From: Lingula anatina
Taxonomy: Eukaryota > Animalia > Brachiopoda
Assembly: GCA_051362555.1 (NCBI GenBank)
Contig: CM120642.1
Location: 16,740,001-16,804,000 of the forward strand
DNA: 64,000 bases
Direction of reading: 5' to 3'
Shown: positions 11,748-26,700 of the stretch, one piece after another
How the letters are laid out: every line of letters begins with the position of its first letter
Numbering within the stretch: position 1 is the stretch's first letter
Translations under genes and position numbers: made by a program
Notes under the pieces: generated by a model
Seen by the model: the letters and a program-made list of their open reading frames with translations, nothing else
Told to the model about the DNA's origin: nothing
Databases searched by the model: none

Positions 11748-14700
11748 TCAGTCATTCAAAAACTCATCAAAATCAAAAGGCTGTGGATTGTTATTCCTGG
11801 ATCCTTCTTCTCCTCCCTCACTCTCAGACTCCGAGACTTCCAGGTCCTGATTGAGGTTGTCACCTTGACCCTCCTGACCTTGACCTTCTTGACCTTCACC
11901 TCCCTCAGCGGGCTCATTTTGGATAAAGAACTCAGAGGGGTCAAAATTTTCATCATCACTGTCATTAAATTGGTTGACCATTTGACTATTGAGCCCCGAT
12001 TGGTTGTCAAAGTAGTACTGAGGCATGTCTGCGTTGTCATACGCTGACTGCGAGTCTTGCATGCTGTTGTCATAGCGACCAGGCTCGGGTGATTGGTCAT
12101 CTCTATCTCCTTCACTTTCTTCTCCTAAAATATAATCACAGGTATAATCTGCTGTTGGGAAAATAATTGAAAAGAATTTTAAAATCCCATTCTACATAAT
12201 TAAGTTAATAAAAAGAAAGAGGAAATTTCTTTCCTTGGCATTTTCAGTAGTTATCATATCTCATGTTCTTATATATTCCTAATATTACCTTCAGATATCT
12301 GTAGATCTTGGACCAAAACACTGTTTTCATCCTGTGCCAAAACAGGCTGACTCTAAAAAGCAAATAATAATAATAAGAATAAGAATAAGAATAAGAATAT
12401 TCATTTAAAGTCTAAAATCTAATTATGTTTGATAAATATTCAAGGGATATGTCTTTATCTTAATGCTCTCCTATAGGAAAGTGAGTATCAAAAGCCGATG
12501 ACAGGTCAAGAAGGACTAGTAACATGGCAGAGCATTTTTCTACACCCATGACAATCTTTGAAAGAAAAGGCAAATAATTTCTAATTAGTTCTTAGTTACA
12601 TACTTGCTCACTGACATCCATAGAGTATTCTTCATCTCCTTCAATATCAACATACTCGCTATCTTCAAGAAACAATTTCTAAAAACAAAACAGATACAAG
12701 GATTACTAATGAAATACTGGAAAATGTGACTTAAAGAAAAAAAGACATGACAAAAGCCACTGCACTGAACAACTACCAGATCAAAATCTTACACATTTAA
12801 AATCTATGTTCTCAAATTCAAAACCTTTATTCAAAATACTTTACATTTACAAAAGAACTTTGGGTTTGAAAATGACCTTGTTTCCATCAGAAGTATCCAT
12901 TTGTGATTCATCTCCAAATTTGCTGTCTTCTTCTTCTTCCATCATCTCAAACTTGCTGTCGTCTGCCTGCATATGACTGTCTTCTACTATGGTAATATTC
13001 TCTCTCACACTGTAACTATCTACACTTTCATTGTCCGCACCTACATCAGACACAGATAAATTGACTAAAGAAATGGATATGTCCACAATGCTAAGCCATA
13101 AAAAAAAATTAATCTTAGAAACAAAAAATTAATCTACATTTCTTGAATTCTTGAAACAAGTTTATCTATCATATAAAGAAAGGAACTTCTTTGATTTGCC
13201 CTTTGAAATATAGTACCAAAGTGCTATAATGTCAAATTATGTGTTTCTTAGAAAAAAAATTCAATAAACTAATTTTTCAAATTAGTATCAGTCCTAAAAG
13301 AACTGTTAATCGCTAAATTTACCTACCCATCATAGAGGTATCATTCATAGAAGACCTGGTCATGATACTATCCGTTTCCACGGCATCCAAAGCTGCCTCT
13401 TGAGCCGCACGAATCCCCTCCTCAAGTTGAAGGAGGTGTTCTTCATTCTGAGAACAAAATTTGAAAATAAAAAGAGGTTCACCAAAGCCTAGCCTGCTGA
13501 TCCACAGTTCATTATCTATTTAGCAGGAATTCAAAACAAAAGATAATCTTTTTCACTTTAAAGGCATATATTGTGAGTTAAACTTTCACACAAAAAAATC
13601 TTTAGGGTTTCAACTATTCCCCTACTTCAACCAGACATCCTTTCTAAAACTGCTGAGAATATTATAATCTAAAATCCAACTGCCAAATTCCAGATTTTGA
13701 TTTTTTTACCTCTGAGAGTGATACTCACTCGTATCCATCAACATCTCAATCATCATAATAACAGTAATTTAAAATAAGAAACTTGAAATTTAGAAGGACA
13801 TTTACATGTCACATTATGGCTGATTACTGCAATAAGTTCCCACCTCTGCCAAAGTTTCTCTGCACACATCAGATATCTGTTTGGCTGTGGCCGTGTATGC
13901 ACTATCCCCACCATTATACTTGATACTGTTCACATAAATAAGATCCACGTCCTCCTGGAACTGGCTGCGCGTGTGGTACTTATGACGTTGTATGTTCCGT
14001 AGTAACATGCTCAGGTCCATGGGGTTCTTCACGATCTCGTAGTAATCCTTGACAAACTTCTTGTTTACAGGCTGGTGGAAGGGCCAAGACTGGAAAATCA
14101 ATGACAGCAATCATTCTTTCTTATGAAATCTCTCTATTCCAATTGCACTATCTAAATTGTAGTACTTCAAACCAACAAGTCATGCCAGGTTAAACCATCA
14201 AGGGATACTCAGCCTTATTTTGTTTTCTGTAACACATACAGTTCTATGCTTACTACTACTTTCTTGTTTTCCTTAACACAGTTATATGCTTATAATTTCA
14301 TTCTTATACACACCCCTGTGCTTAATCTTGGTTTAAGTTACACCACCCCATGCTTATTCCTATTTTCTCTTACACAGGCCTTATCAATTCTTAGTTTCTG
14401 CTACATATAAATCCGAGCAATTCAGTCTACCAAACATTTTAAAAAAGAACTCAAAACATACCTTTTTAGGAAATATTTTGATTAACTCTTAATTGGTTTT
14501 ATAAATCTTGTATTAATTGCATTTAATTGTATGGAATAATGGCTGTTTTACATAGATTTTATTTATGATATTTTATGTAGTATTATTTATGATATTTTAT
14601 GTAAAGTCTACTGAACATGGATTTTAGACTTAAAATAAATTTATTATTATTTATTATTATAGCCCTATGCTTATTGTTGGTCCCAGTTACACAGCCCTAG

Positions 14701-17700
14701 ATTTTACTCCTCGTACTGCAATACATAATCCTTACATTATCCACCAATTTGAGTTTTGTCTGGACAATATTTTCTAGAATGAAGGAGAATGCCACTTGGT
14801 CATCATCATCTAGAAGTGGGTTGATGGCTTTCTCAAGCCTCATCAGCTTATCTTCTTTCTGCAACAGTGAAATTAGTCAGATAGAGTCAACAGATGTACA
14901 GACAATTAATCTTTATTATTTTTAATGCATGCCATATATCTGGACTTGTGATTTGTCTTTGGGTATGACAGAAACAACATTGAGTTCATTCACTGTCTTC
15001 GATTTTATTATCTTAAAAACAAAGTTACTTATGCAGTTTGTGCATCATAATAACAACAAAATGAACAGGTCACCTCCGCAAACCTCTGTAAGCACAGATC
15101 CAACATGGCCTGGGCAGTTAATGTCAGAACACTTTTTACTCCTGGAAATAAAAAGCGAAATATCACAAAAAAATGCCTTTTTAGGAGTGACATAACAACA
15201 GTCATTTTGTGGGATAGTAATGTAGAAATGTTTCTTTTTTATAAGTTCTTTTTTTATCAAATGAATTTGCCAATTTACGGCTAAAATACCATGCTTACCA
15301 TACCACGCTGCCCTAAATCCCAGTTTGTGTGCGCCTGTGTTTTTGTGAATGCATGCATGGATGCCTGCGCTTGCATGTGTGTGACATGATTACCTGTGTA
15401 TTAATGTATGTGTGCGTGCATGTGCAAGCATATTTAACCCACCATTGTACAGCTTGCTATTCTCCACCATCTGGTTGATGTCCACCAGGAAAGACTCACG
15501 TGACTGGTATTTCTTGCTTCTTATGCTCTGAAGAAGATATTACAGAATTCATCTACTTGTCATGAAGGAACTTGTTATCATTCACATATGCTTGGAATAT
15601 TCCAGGTATTGCATATAACACAAGTGGTGGAATTTTTGCTAAATAATGAGATTCTTGATCCCAATTCCCAATGCCATACATTGAGATAATATCAACTGTA
15701 CGACATTATGTAGCTTTAAGAATTGTTCTCTCACCTCCCGTATGGTTTGAAGATCCATGGGTTTCTTGATAATCTTGTAATAATCTGGAACCACTTTGGA
15801 GTTCACAGGGAACAGGAAAGGTTGAGTCTAGAATAAAAAAGAAGAAAAAATTAATCAAATTAATCAACAAAAAAAATATCTAGTCGAATTCAAAAGATTT
15901 TCACAGATGGCATTCAGGGAACTTTGCATAAAAGGACCAGAACACTACACAAACTGAATAATCAAAATTCGAGACAAATAGAAAAAGAAGCTACTATGTG
16001 AAATAAAACAATCTACAAAAACAAAAGAGTCCAAACCAATTATGATGATCCTTTTAAAAATCCAATCATCTCTCAAAATTATTCAAATAGAAAGCAAGGA
16101 ATTCATTCAAAAGTTTAAAACACTGATCAAGTAGCAGCAGTCAAAGCACTTACATCAGGAAGATCCCTAATTTCATTGAGAATGTTCTCAAAGATTGAGT
16201 TGAGTGTGATCACTGGGTCTGCCCTCCTCCTGTGGCTGGCTTTGGTGGGTTTCTGAAAGCAAATGTGTTAGAAATGACACCTAACTTTACGTAGCATTGT
16301 GCTTGGTGGGGCAGTGGCTCAACTGTAGCATTTTCCTAAGTGGGTGTGTTCATACTTAGAAAATTTTAGACTGAAAACTGACCAAAATAAGCCTACAAGC
16401 AATCAGACTGCAATGACAAAATAAGACTTTGATGAAATCTAGCTTAAGAATAGGACCAATTTAAAAAATAAGACCAATTTAATATCATTTGTGGAAAGAG
16501 CTAATATCTTACAGACTGATACATCAGTGTATCTACTCCAGCTTTTTTCAGTCATCTTTCCATATTAAACAAATTTTTTTAAAATTTTTGCAGAGCTCAG
16601 TTTCCCGTACACTACAAAGACACCAACTACCTAAAGAATGTGTTATACATTAACAGATCAAGTTCCGCTCAAAGTGGATTAAACAATACATACGAGAGGA
16701 CATTTTGTGAAATCATAATTCCCAGTATACTTCAAAGTTCACATTACCCACAATGAGATAGCCACAATGCACAATGATGAGATCACATCACTCACACTGA
16801 GATAGTCACAATGCACAATGGTGCCTGCTCGCCTCCTCTTTTTGTTTTCCATTGCTTGCTTGGGGAACTTGAGCACCAAGGATTTCCTTTTGACATTCTC
16901 AGCACTGAAAGTAAGAGATTTACACTGAATTATTCAACGTCAGGGGTATGCATTTTCAATTTACAAGATTTTATAATATATGTGTATGAAAATATATCTT
17001 TTCCAATGAGAACTGTGAGATGTGTTTTATAGTAACAACCATGCCATTAGACTTTAACTCATTTCATGATTAAAATTCCAATCTACAAAAGATGCTAGTT
17101 TCAAACAACATCCCAATATTACATAATTTATATGAGAAATTTTCAGCAACTCAAAACATAAATCTGCCTGTTCAAATGCTTTATCAAATTCCACATCACT
17201 GTTTCTCTCATTTAAGATTATTAAGATTATACGCCATACTCACTGTTCTAGTAAATTCTTTGACAACTTAATCTTAGTTCCCTCCACGTTCACCAGCTCC
17301 TGGTCTGTTAGCAAACTCTTCTCCTCTTCTTCTTCTTGCTCCTCTGTCATGGCAACCGGTGTTGGTGTTGGAGCCACAGAAGGAGTAGCTGGCCCTGAGC
17401 CACTTCCGCCCCCAGCTCCACCACCACCACCGGTGCCAGCGCCACCACCAGCACCACCCAAAACACCGGTCTTGTAAACTGGGCACTCCTTGTTTGTCCT
17501 CATGTGGCCTACTTGTCCACAGGCACCGCACTTCATCTATCAACAAACAGTTTTGTGATTATGGAATAAAGGTTAACATTCACAATTTAAAAATACAATA
17601 ATGATATAACAATACATTTACAGGTTTTCTTTAAAAATCCATCCATGGCAAAGTTTGTCATATTTTGAACATACTTCACAATTCCCATGGCAATTACTCA

Positions 17701-20700
17701 TATAACAATACACTGGAAAAACAGGAATTCATAATTTTTGCTCTCCAAAATGTTTTATTAGGAGGACTTTAAGATTATGACCCAAAAATTTTTTAAAGAT
17801 AGTTGGCTTTATGTCAGAACTATAATCTTGTATGTATCTGGAGATAATAAATCTAAAAACGGTAAAAGATCAGGTGCTTGATAGTTTAAAGGAATCCCCA
17901 TACAATGATTTAGATTAGGTTGATACAAAAATTTCAAAATATGATGATCTGGTCTGCTAAATATGGTTTAAATAATTAAAGAAAAAATGCTTGTAATGGA
18001 ACTAATCTAAAATCACCTTCAGCAAAGGAGCATCTTTCTTCTTCTTTTTCTTCTTGGTGGGAGGGGGAGTCGGACCCTCCTCCTTGAACTTCTCCTGATT
18101 ACGCTTAATCCTCCTCAACTGCTCCTGAATTCTCCGTCTTTCTTTCTTCATTTCCTCCTTTTGTTGTTCATCCAGAGTGGCAAACTGTTTTCTGCAGTGA
18201 AGGAAGAGAATTAATGACTACCTGTAGCAATACCTGTTTAATGGGCATTAAAATGTTACGAGAATAGTGTCTTCGAACTGTAAATTAATTTATATTCATC
18301 TACACTCAATATCCCAGTGTCTCACAAAACACCTTCAGGAAAAAAAAACAACAAAATTTAATTAAGAAAATATATTAAAAATCTTTATTACAGAGACAAT
18401 ATTCAGTCTCTTACATAAATGTTTCATCCTTGGTCTGTCTTATCCTGGCATAAGTGTCAATGACGGCAGGCTTGCGAACTATCTCTGTCCTGACGAACTC
18501 CTTCCCTTCCTCATTGCGGAATGTTCTTGTGATTTTCAGATATCTGCCACCCTACAGCATAGAAGATATCAGGAGATAAATAACAGCTAATCTTTAATAC
18601 CTTCCTCTTTTTTACTCTCAGCAAGTCTTGGAGAGATGTTTTATTTTGACTAACCAATGATAATGCAAACAGAATGAAAAGAGGTGAGAAATAGCAAGAA
18701 AAACAGTATGAAAACTTAACATGTGTCTGCTCAACATATGATCGCCTATATTTGTTTACTCTTAAAGACGGATGGTTCCATTCAGTTTTCAAGTGCAAGA
18801 TGTTATTGTCTGACTATTTTAAGAACTTTTAAAAAGCTTCTTTGGAAGCCTACCACAGTTTCTCCCTCGTCGCCAGACATTCCCTCTGCTACCTTCTGCT
18901 TCTTCTCTTTCTTCTTCTTCCCCTTTTCTTTCTCCTTCTTTCCTTTCTCAGTTTTGTGTCCTTCCATCAGCATTTTGTGCAGCTCCCTTCTCTCCTGTTC
19001 CTCACGCTCATGGCTCAACTGAAAGAAAAGAAAAGAAAAACATAATTCATTACACTTGGTGCTTCACTGCTGACATAAACCCAAAACAACCATGAGGTTA
19101 GGCAATTTTTCAATAAATATGAACATTAAAAGTTAATCAACTCTCCCCTCTCCCTTATAATTGTTTTGTTAAAAGTGCTCTTCATTTCAACACTTAATCC
19201 TTAATTACCAAGGTACACCTTATCCAAAACAGTTGACAGAATTTTAGTTTTCCAGTTTCTAGTTTCTGGTGAGCCACTCTCATAATGGAGATGGAGACAG
19301 GTGAATTTCAGTTGAAATAGTAAAATTATTAATAACGGCTTGAAAATTTGTTCAGATACTGTATTTCTCTGATATACTATGATTCTGTTGAGATGCACCT
19401 TGGTGATTTAGGGAAAATGCTGAAAATACCAGAAAATATTTTGTACCTAGCACAGCCATATGTAGGTCTAATGCATTTACCAATTAAAACCATTTGAAAA
19501 TGCCTAGTCGAAAACAACTACATTCACATTGTAAAGGCCTTAGGCTTTACCTGTGTGGATGTTTTCTTATTAGTGAGAATGCTTTCTATGTTTTTGCCCA
19601 TCTCCTCTATATCTGAGTCATGTTCTGAGTCTGAGCCCTCATCTGTTGACAGCTCTTCTATGGAACTTAACACTCTAGAATAGAAAATAACAACAAAAAT
19701 GATTCAATAATCATATTTTTGTCAGGATTTAAACTAGCTATCATGTTACTGGGTCAGTAGTTTTCCTTAAATGTATCAAACTTATCATTTATTCTGCAAG
19801 AACTTCATAAAAAAAAAGAAAAAACTCTAGAAATAAGATCATTCCTACCTGTTCTGCAGATCAAAAATCCTCTGGCACTCCTCCTTGTACCTCTCCTGGT
19901 GCTCTGCTATGGAGAATCTACTGCCACGGGCAAACTTGGACATTCCTTCTTGACCAGCTTTGGCCTGCTCTGTGGACATAGTTCTCACCACATCAATGAC
20001 CTCCCACCTGGATAACTTCTTAATCTAGAAACAATTACAGAACATATCACGGTTCACATTCAAATGCCATGATAAGAATATACTATATTATACTATAGGA
20101 TTTCAGTGACTTCAATCAAAAAAAGGATTCAATTAATATATTAATTATTATAATAATCATATTAATACAATTTACTTTGTTTTCCTTTCTTTAGAAGAAA
20201 TCTATACTTTATTTCAAACTTGTTCACTAACATGCGTACATTCATAAATAACAAGACTAACTTTAACCCAGCTTAAAGTTAATGACGTGAACACACCAAA
20301 GAAACTTGCACCTTGTAATCAAGTTCTGAGTTCATAATTTTCTCCATGCTACTAGGGCAGATCTTTGTAACATGATTAAACTTCTGAAATTACCTACAAT
20401 ATGAAGTAATCAGCTTTAACATAATTAAGGTCCAACACATAGCCGAGACCCTGTAGGGATGGCACATGTGGGATGCAAGGAGTCCATTAGGAGATTATGT
20501 GGCATTACTTTCAAATGCATATTTCAAATATTTCATACTTGGTCTGAGGATCATTTAGTCCAGGGATCAACTTTGTTCTGAAAAAGCCCTAAATTTACCA
20601 TCATTACAAACCTCAGACTCTGGTACCCCAAACTTCTTCAACAGCTGCTTGGCATCTTTCAGATTTAGTCTTCTGAGATCAGCATCTGTCCCTGTAACAG

Positions 20701-23700
20701 TTTTCTTCTGTGGAGTCTGACTTGTTTCATCCTGCAAAGCAACATATACTTTATACTGTATACTTTAAAGAGGTCTTTCTACTTACTATAATAGACTGAT
20801 GGAATTCCTATTCAGGACCCATAGAGAAAAGAATTTTTCATATTTATTTCATTTTTATATAGAGGCATTATAAGTACAGTTTATTTAACTATAAAATAGT
20901 CTCAGTTACCCTATTTTTAGTGTACTCCTGTTAAATCAAAATTTAATTTTGAAAGTTCCCACTAACTTCTGCCTAAAATTCTTATTTGCCGCCAGATCCT
21001 GGTCACATGGAACATTATTTAGAGCAATTCTTGGCTTCCCAGGCTACAAACTGGTCACATGGAACATTATTTAGAGCAATTCTTGACTCCCCAGTCTACA
21101 AACTTAACCCATGATTTCCTCTCCCCTTACCTTAGCCTGTGGTTTATTAGGTACTTTGACATAAGAGAACCCCTCGCCGCACCCGGTTGGGTCGGCCACT
21201 CCACTCAGTGCTAACAAACACTTTCCCTTGATGGCTGCTATATAAGCTCTAGTAGTGTTCCAGGGAGCGGTGCGTACCTGAGAAAATGACCATAAAAGTT
21301 CACTGTCATTATTCAATTATAATAGTGGCATTATAGGTTTTGGTATTTTTCTGAAAAGCAGCTGGGTGGTTAAGAGCATGCCTTATATCTAACCCTTGTT
21401 CAATACTCTTTTAAAGAAAATGTCCGGTCCTGTGGCAACACCCATCTAGACAGCCATAATAAAACTGATTTCTACAGAAATAAATAAAATCAATTTCTTT
21501 GGATTATGATTTAGAATCAAACATTCCATAGTTAGAATGTCTAAGAAATATTATAATACCTGCCAAAAAGTAAAATAAATATATCTTTTTTTTTTTTTGC
21601 TCATGAAATGAAGAAAAATCTTATTCTCACCTCATCATCAATCTTAGTTTGGAAATCCTCCTCGTTGTCTTCCTCGGGAGCAAACAAAGACTTTTCTCCA
21701 TAGCCTGCATCCTACATGTACAAAAATTGATCAATTTTTTACAGTTTAAAATACATTGGTGTGTTTTATGTGATCTCATCTTGTAACTTTTATGCACACT
21801 TTCTTTATTTCTTGATGTCATTTAAAAAATTATGAAATAAATTTACTTATGTACTGACTTCATTAGTTTAGATTATACAATTCATAAGTTTAGATTATAC
21901 AATTTACTAATTATCATTTTTAATCTCACCACATCAGTTCACTTTTTTCCTTTTTATTTAACAAAATATCAAAAACTAAATTTACTTCAAAATAAATGAA
22001 TCATATTTTCTAAGCCACATTTTACATTACACTTCCAAAACACACAATTTTGAAAAAAATATTCCAATCTAAAGATAAATTCTTTCAACAATTTCCTCTC
22101 TACATGGACTCCCTTTCCCACCTTGAGTCTCTGCTCTGCTGCCTGCATGCTGAAGTAGGCACAGCACTGCTCAGGGGAAACCATTGCACGCATCTCTTCC
22201 TCAGTCGGCAGACGGAAGTCTGGTTTTAGCACCCACCAATTGGAGTCCAAACCTAACAATAAATCAAAGAATCCTGTACCCTTGGGAAATATCCTTCAGA
22301 AAATATGAACTCAATAGCCAACATATCAAGTCTGAACCCAATGAAAAGAAAAAAATCAATATAAATCAATGGTAGAATGGTTTAAAATAAGGATTATTAT
22401 TTTCATCTTATTGTGTGGCATAATCAGCTGCGCTACTGATTAGACAATTATAATAAAAGCAGAGAGAGACATACCAGTTCTCTTAAAGTCTGCACACAAT
22501 TTTAATCTTTTCCTGATACTGCTCTCTGAGTGCGATGGGAAAGCTTTCTTGATGTCATCCATTTTTATCCTCCTTGGGTTGTCTTTACTTTTCCAAAACA
22601 AACGGTAAATGAATACCTGGAATAAAGTAAATGAATTACCATAATTATACATAGTTTCTAAAAGCAAAAGTGAAAATTAGAATTATTTTCAATGTGAAAG
22701 TAGGTGTCTTGTGAGACAATGAAATATTAGAGTGAGGAACGATGAGTTGTTTAGGAAATTCTTAATTGTATATCACAAAGCTGACAGAATTTTTTGCCAA
22801 CCTGTAAGAAATCTCTGATGAAATTATTGGCTCTTTTAGAGTTAGGCCCTGGGACTTCAATTAATGGACACTCCTGTCCTACTGAAAAGATAGTGTACAC
22901 TTCCCGGGCAAAATAACTGAAAAAAAGAGAAATGGGATTTAACACAGGTACAAAATTTACAATCATGGTTCTAAAACATTTTACTAGGATTCAAAGCTAC
23001 AATAATTATTGTTTTTCAATCAATAGCTATGACCAGTATGTTTATTATAACTGAATTGTTTCATTTCTCATAAAAATGTATCCAATATTGAAGTGGAAAT
23101 AATGGATGTAGCTGTTATTTGAAGACATTATTATTACAACTATGAGTTTGCATAACTGATGAAATTTTTTGCTGATTTACTTTACTTTTTAAAACATTCG
23201 ACCTCCTTCGGTTTGTCTGTTCATTAATAGAGAATATATCTCAAACAGATCCTCCCAAACTTTGAGAAAAAATGTCAGAATATGCAGATATTCTGCAAGT
23301 GATTACATTTTCAATTTACTTCTGTCCAATGGACATTATCTAAATAATATAATAATATAAAATAATAATTTCAATTATTTATTATTCATGAACATTTTAA
23401 GTTATTTACACAATAATAATCCTGGGCAAAGAAAGCTAGTCAAGTTTTTTGGTCTTTTCCTTGGTCAAAACAGTGTAAATAAGTTAAAAGGTTTCACAAA
23501 TAGTAAGCAATGCTTTACAGATGAGTTTGCTTGTTAATCAAATTTCATACCATTTTTATCTACATTTTGACTCGTTAGAGGAATCCAAACTTTGGAGTGC
23601 TCTATTGGTGATTTAATTAAGAAGGTTATATACATATCTTAGAACCCAACACAAAGGGGTCAGGACATGTACTTAACAGATCCATACTCACTGCTGTCTG

Positions 23701-26700
23701 GTTCTGATAATTAAGAAGTCATTTTCCTTCATCCTGTGTTCATATATGGGGGCCCTGAACATGTTGTTTTCAAATGCCTGCAAACACTGGCCTGGATTCA
23801 GGGAGCCGAGGAAGGGAGACGTGTGCGCGTACGCAAGCTCGCCGTACTTGAACTGTGGAGGGTTGTTATCTTTGCCAGGTTTCTGAGGATTCAAATTAAA
23901 GATTCATTAGTTAATTAAAAGTGCTCTTTAAAATTTGATACATCCCTTAAACAAGGCAGCAAAGCTGTCAAATGTACAGACAAAAAGCAGGAAATAACTA
24001 TGCACAAAATAGGCTAATGTCAATTCTGATGCAAAAGTACATTATGTTAAACTGCAAATTTAACATCAAATTTTAATTATGCTCAACAGGTAATACCAAT
24101 GTAAGTAAAATGTGTAACAAGCATAAGGCTTCAGGCCCATGGGAGTTCAAGTTCACACTTTGAACATGTATAACTTCCAGAAAAAGAAGCCAATTAGACT
24201 GCTTTTCCAACTCAGGCTGCATGCCGATTTCGAACTTGACTTGCGTTTTAGTAAGATCAATTACTCCTGTGAGTTTCATGACAACAAGCCTATCGGTTTT
24301 TCTTGAAATGTGTTTACAGTGTTGCATATATGCTGAAAAGTGAAAAAAAAAAGCATAACTTCTACAATAAAGGCCCGATCATGCTGATTTTTGAACTTGA
24401 CCTGTGTTTTATGAATATTCATCAGCTCTGTAAATATAAAGCCCAAAAGTAAAACTGCCTTCCACTTATCGTGCTTACAATGAAAGTGCACGGCGACGGC
24501 GATGACGGCGACGACAGACACAGGTGATGTCAATATGTACAGACACATCTATATATATTTACTGTACTGTTTAAGAACAGTAATTGACATGGTTTTTCTT
24601 AAATGGTCATCATGGGAACAGTGCCCAAAATAGGTTTTTTTTCAAATTTTGATGCAATATTACATAATGTTTAACAGCATAATGACCATCAATTTTTAAT
24701 AATAAAATATTAGTATCATGGATGTTCAGAAAATGTGACTAGCAAAGGTCTTCAGGCCCATGGAACTTCAAAGTCACAACTTGAAAATGCCAAAATGTAA
24801 ACAAGACAGCACTGTTCTGAAATGTTTTTTTTTCCATTTTTAACAATTTTTAACATAAAACAAAAATAACAGTTTACTGCCATTTTTATATGATCAACTA
24901 AGAAAATTGATGAGATGGGAAAAATATCAACAGAGCAGTGTTAAATGTCCAATTTCTTCCATTCTGAGATTCTGAACATAGTGAATGATTGAATCTGACA
25001 AACTGCAATGATATGAGTTTTTTTCTATTTTTGAAACTTTATTACACAATACATGATAACAAATTTACCATCTTTTTTACAAAATCAACTAACAATGTTG
25101 TAAAGATGCAGGAAATGTCAAACAAACACTTTTATGTATCTTATTAGTTTAATAATGAGACTGTTAACATGCCTAAGAATTGAATCTGAGGAAATGTGAA
25201 AAATATGCTGAAAAGTGAAAAAACAGCATAACTTCTACAATAATGGCCCGATTTTCGAACTTGACCTGCGTTTTATGAATATTCATCAGCTCTGTAAATA
25301 TAAAGCCAAAAAGTAAAACTGCCCTCCACTTATCGTGTTTACAAGGAAAGTGCACGGCGCCGGCATCGGCATCGCCATCGCCATCGCCATCGCCATCGGC
25401 GACGACAGACACAGGTGATGGCAATATGTACAGACACATCTGTGTCTGTACATAAAAAGTTTAATTAAATTTTCCGTTGTGATTATCATTTACTGTAAGT
25501 TGTTTAATTTGAGAAGGACATGTAAATTGATAATATACATGCAGCTTCACATGATCATGCAAATTTAAATTTAGGATTAAGCCATTTACAACAAACACAC
25601 ACTTTTTTACAGTCACCTTAATATGATGTTTTAGTGAAAAAGGTCTTAACAGTTGGGTAAACACTTAAAAATATTACAAAAAAGTACCCTTTTGTAGTAA
25701 TTCTTTATCTTGGTTGCCATGCCAACTTGCATGAGGATAGGCGGGAATTCCTCCGAGTACTCCGCCAAAATCAGTTCTCCATCCATCCCTGTGAGATCTT
25801 GAGGAGTTCTCATGAAAAACATCTCGCCTCCTCCAGAGGCCAGTCGCTCTTGTTCTCTCATCTGAATGTAACATTGATAAATTGTAAGTCGAATATTGTC
25901 ATCACATTAACTGTACCCTCTTCAAAAAATACTTAAATCATTTTTACCTTTACTTAACCTTTGTTAGCATGCTGAACTAATGCCTGATACATACAATACA
26001 AATCGTCATAGGCTCTATTCCCATAGATTTTAGATCGATCTATCCCCGCGGGGAGTCTCACTAGATTACTTTCAGATAATCCGACTTAAATGTCCGTCCC
26101 GCCTACTACAAGCTTTAATGGGGTTATTAACTTTCATGTCCGCCCGGCTGACAGCTATTTAGCGTGAACCCCCAGGGAGTTAGGTTGATCTAAAGTAGGT
26201 CGATCTAATCTATGGAAATGGGGTGATAGACATCCACATGACACAAAGATGGAAGGTTAATTTTGAACTTTTTTGTAACTTTTTGTATCAGGCTAATGAT
26301 ATTGTAGTCACGATTCTAACAGTACTAGCAGATTAATATCATACTTTTTAATTAAAAAAAAAAGATAAAAACAGAGCAATAATAGGGTGAGTATTTATTT
26401 TGTTATACTTTTAAAAACCATCAACCAGAACTCACCTTTGCCTTCCTTCTTATAGTTTTCAGCAGAGGCAGTACAGCCTGTGGTCCGTGCTGAGACATGG
26501 GTCCATGGGAATATTTCTTGAGGGGAGGACGATGAAAATTCCGCAGTTTCATGGTGCCCATGTGTGTTGGGAAAAATGGCTGCCGGAGTTCACATGCTGG
26601 AGTGGAATGCTAAAAAAAAAAAAAACAAGTGATTTTTTAAAGTTGAGCTCCAGTTTTTTTTCCTGTTCACTGAAAATGAAAAAATTAATGTATATCCAAA

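Noticed and set aside
17380-17465. Gly-rich insert after the TAF1 zinc knuckle
   Set aside because: Low-complexity linker expansion in a region expected to be variable and disordered; nothing specific to support more.
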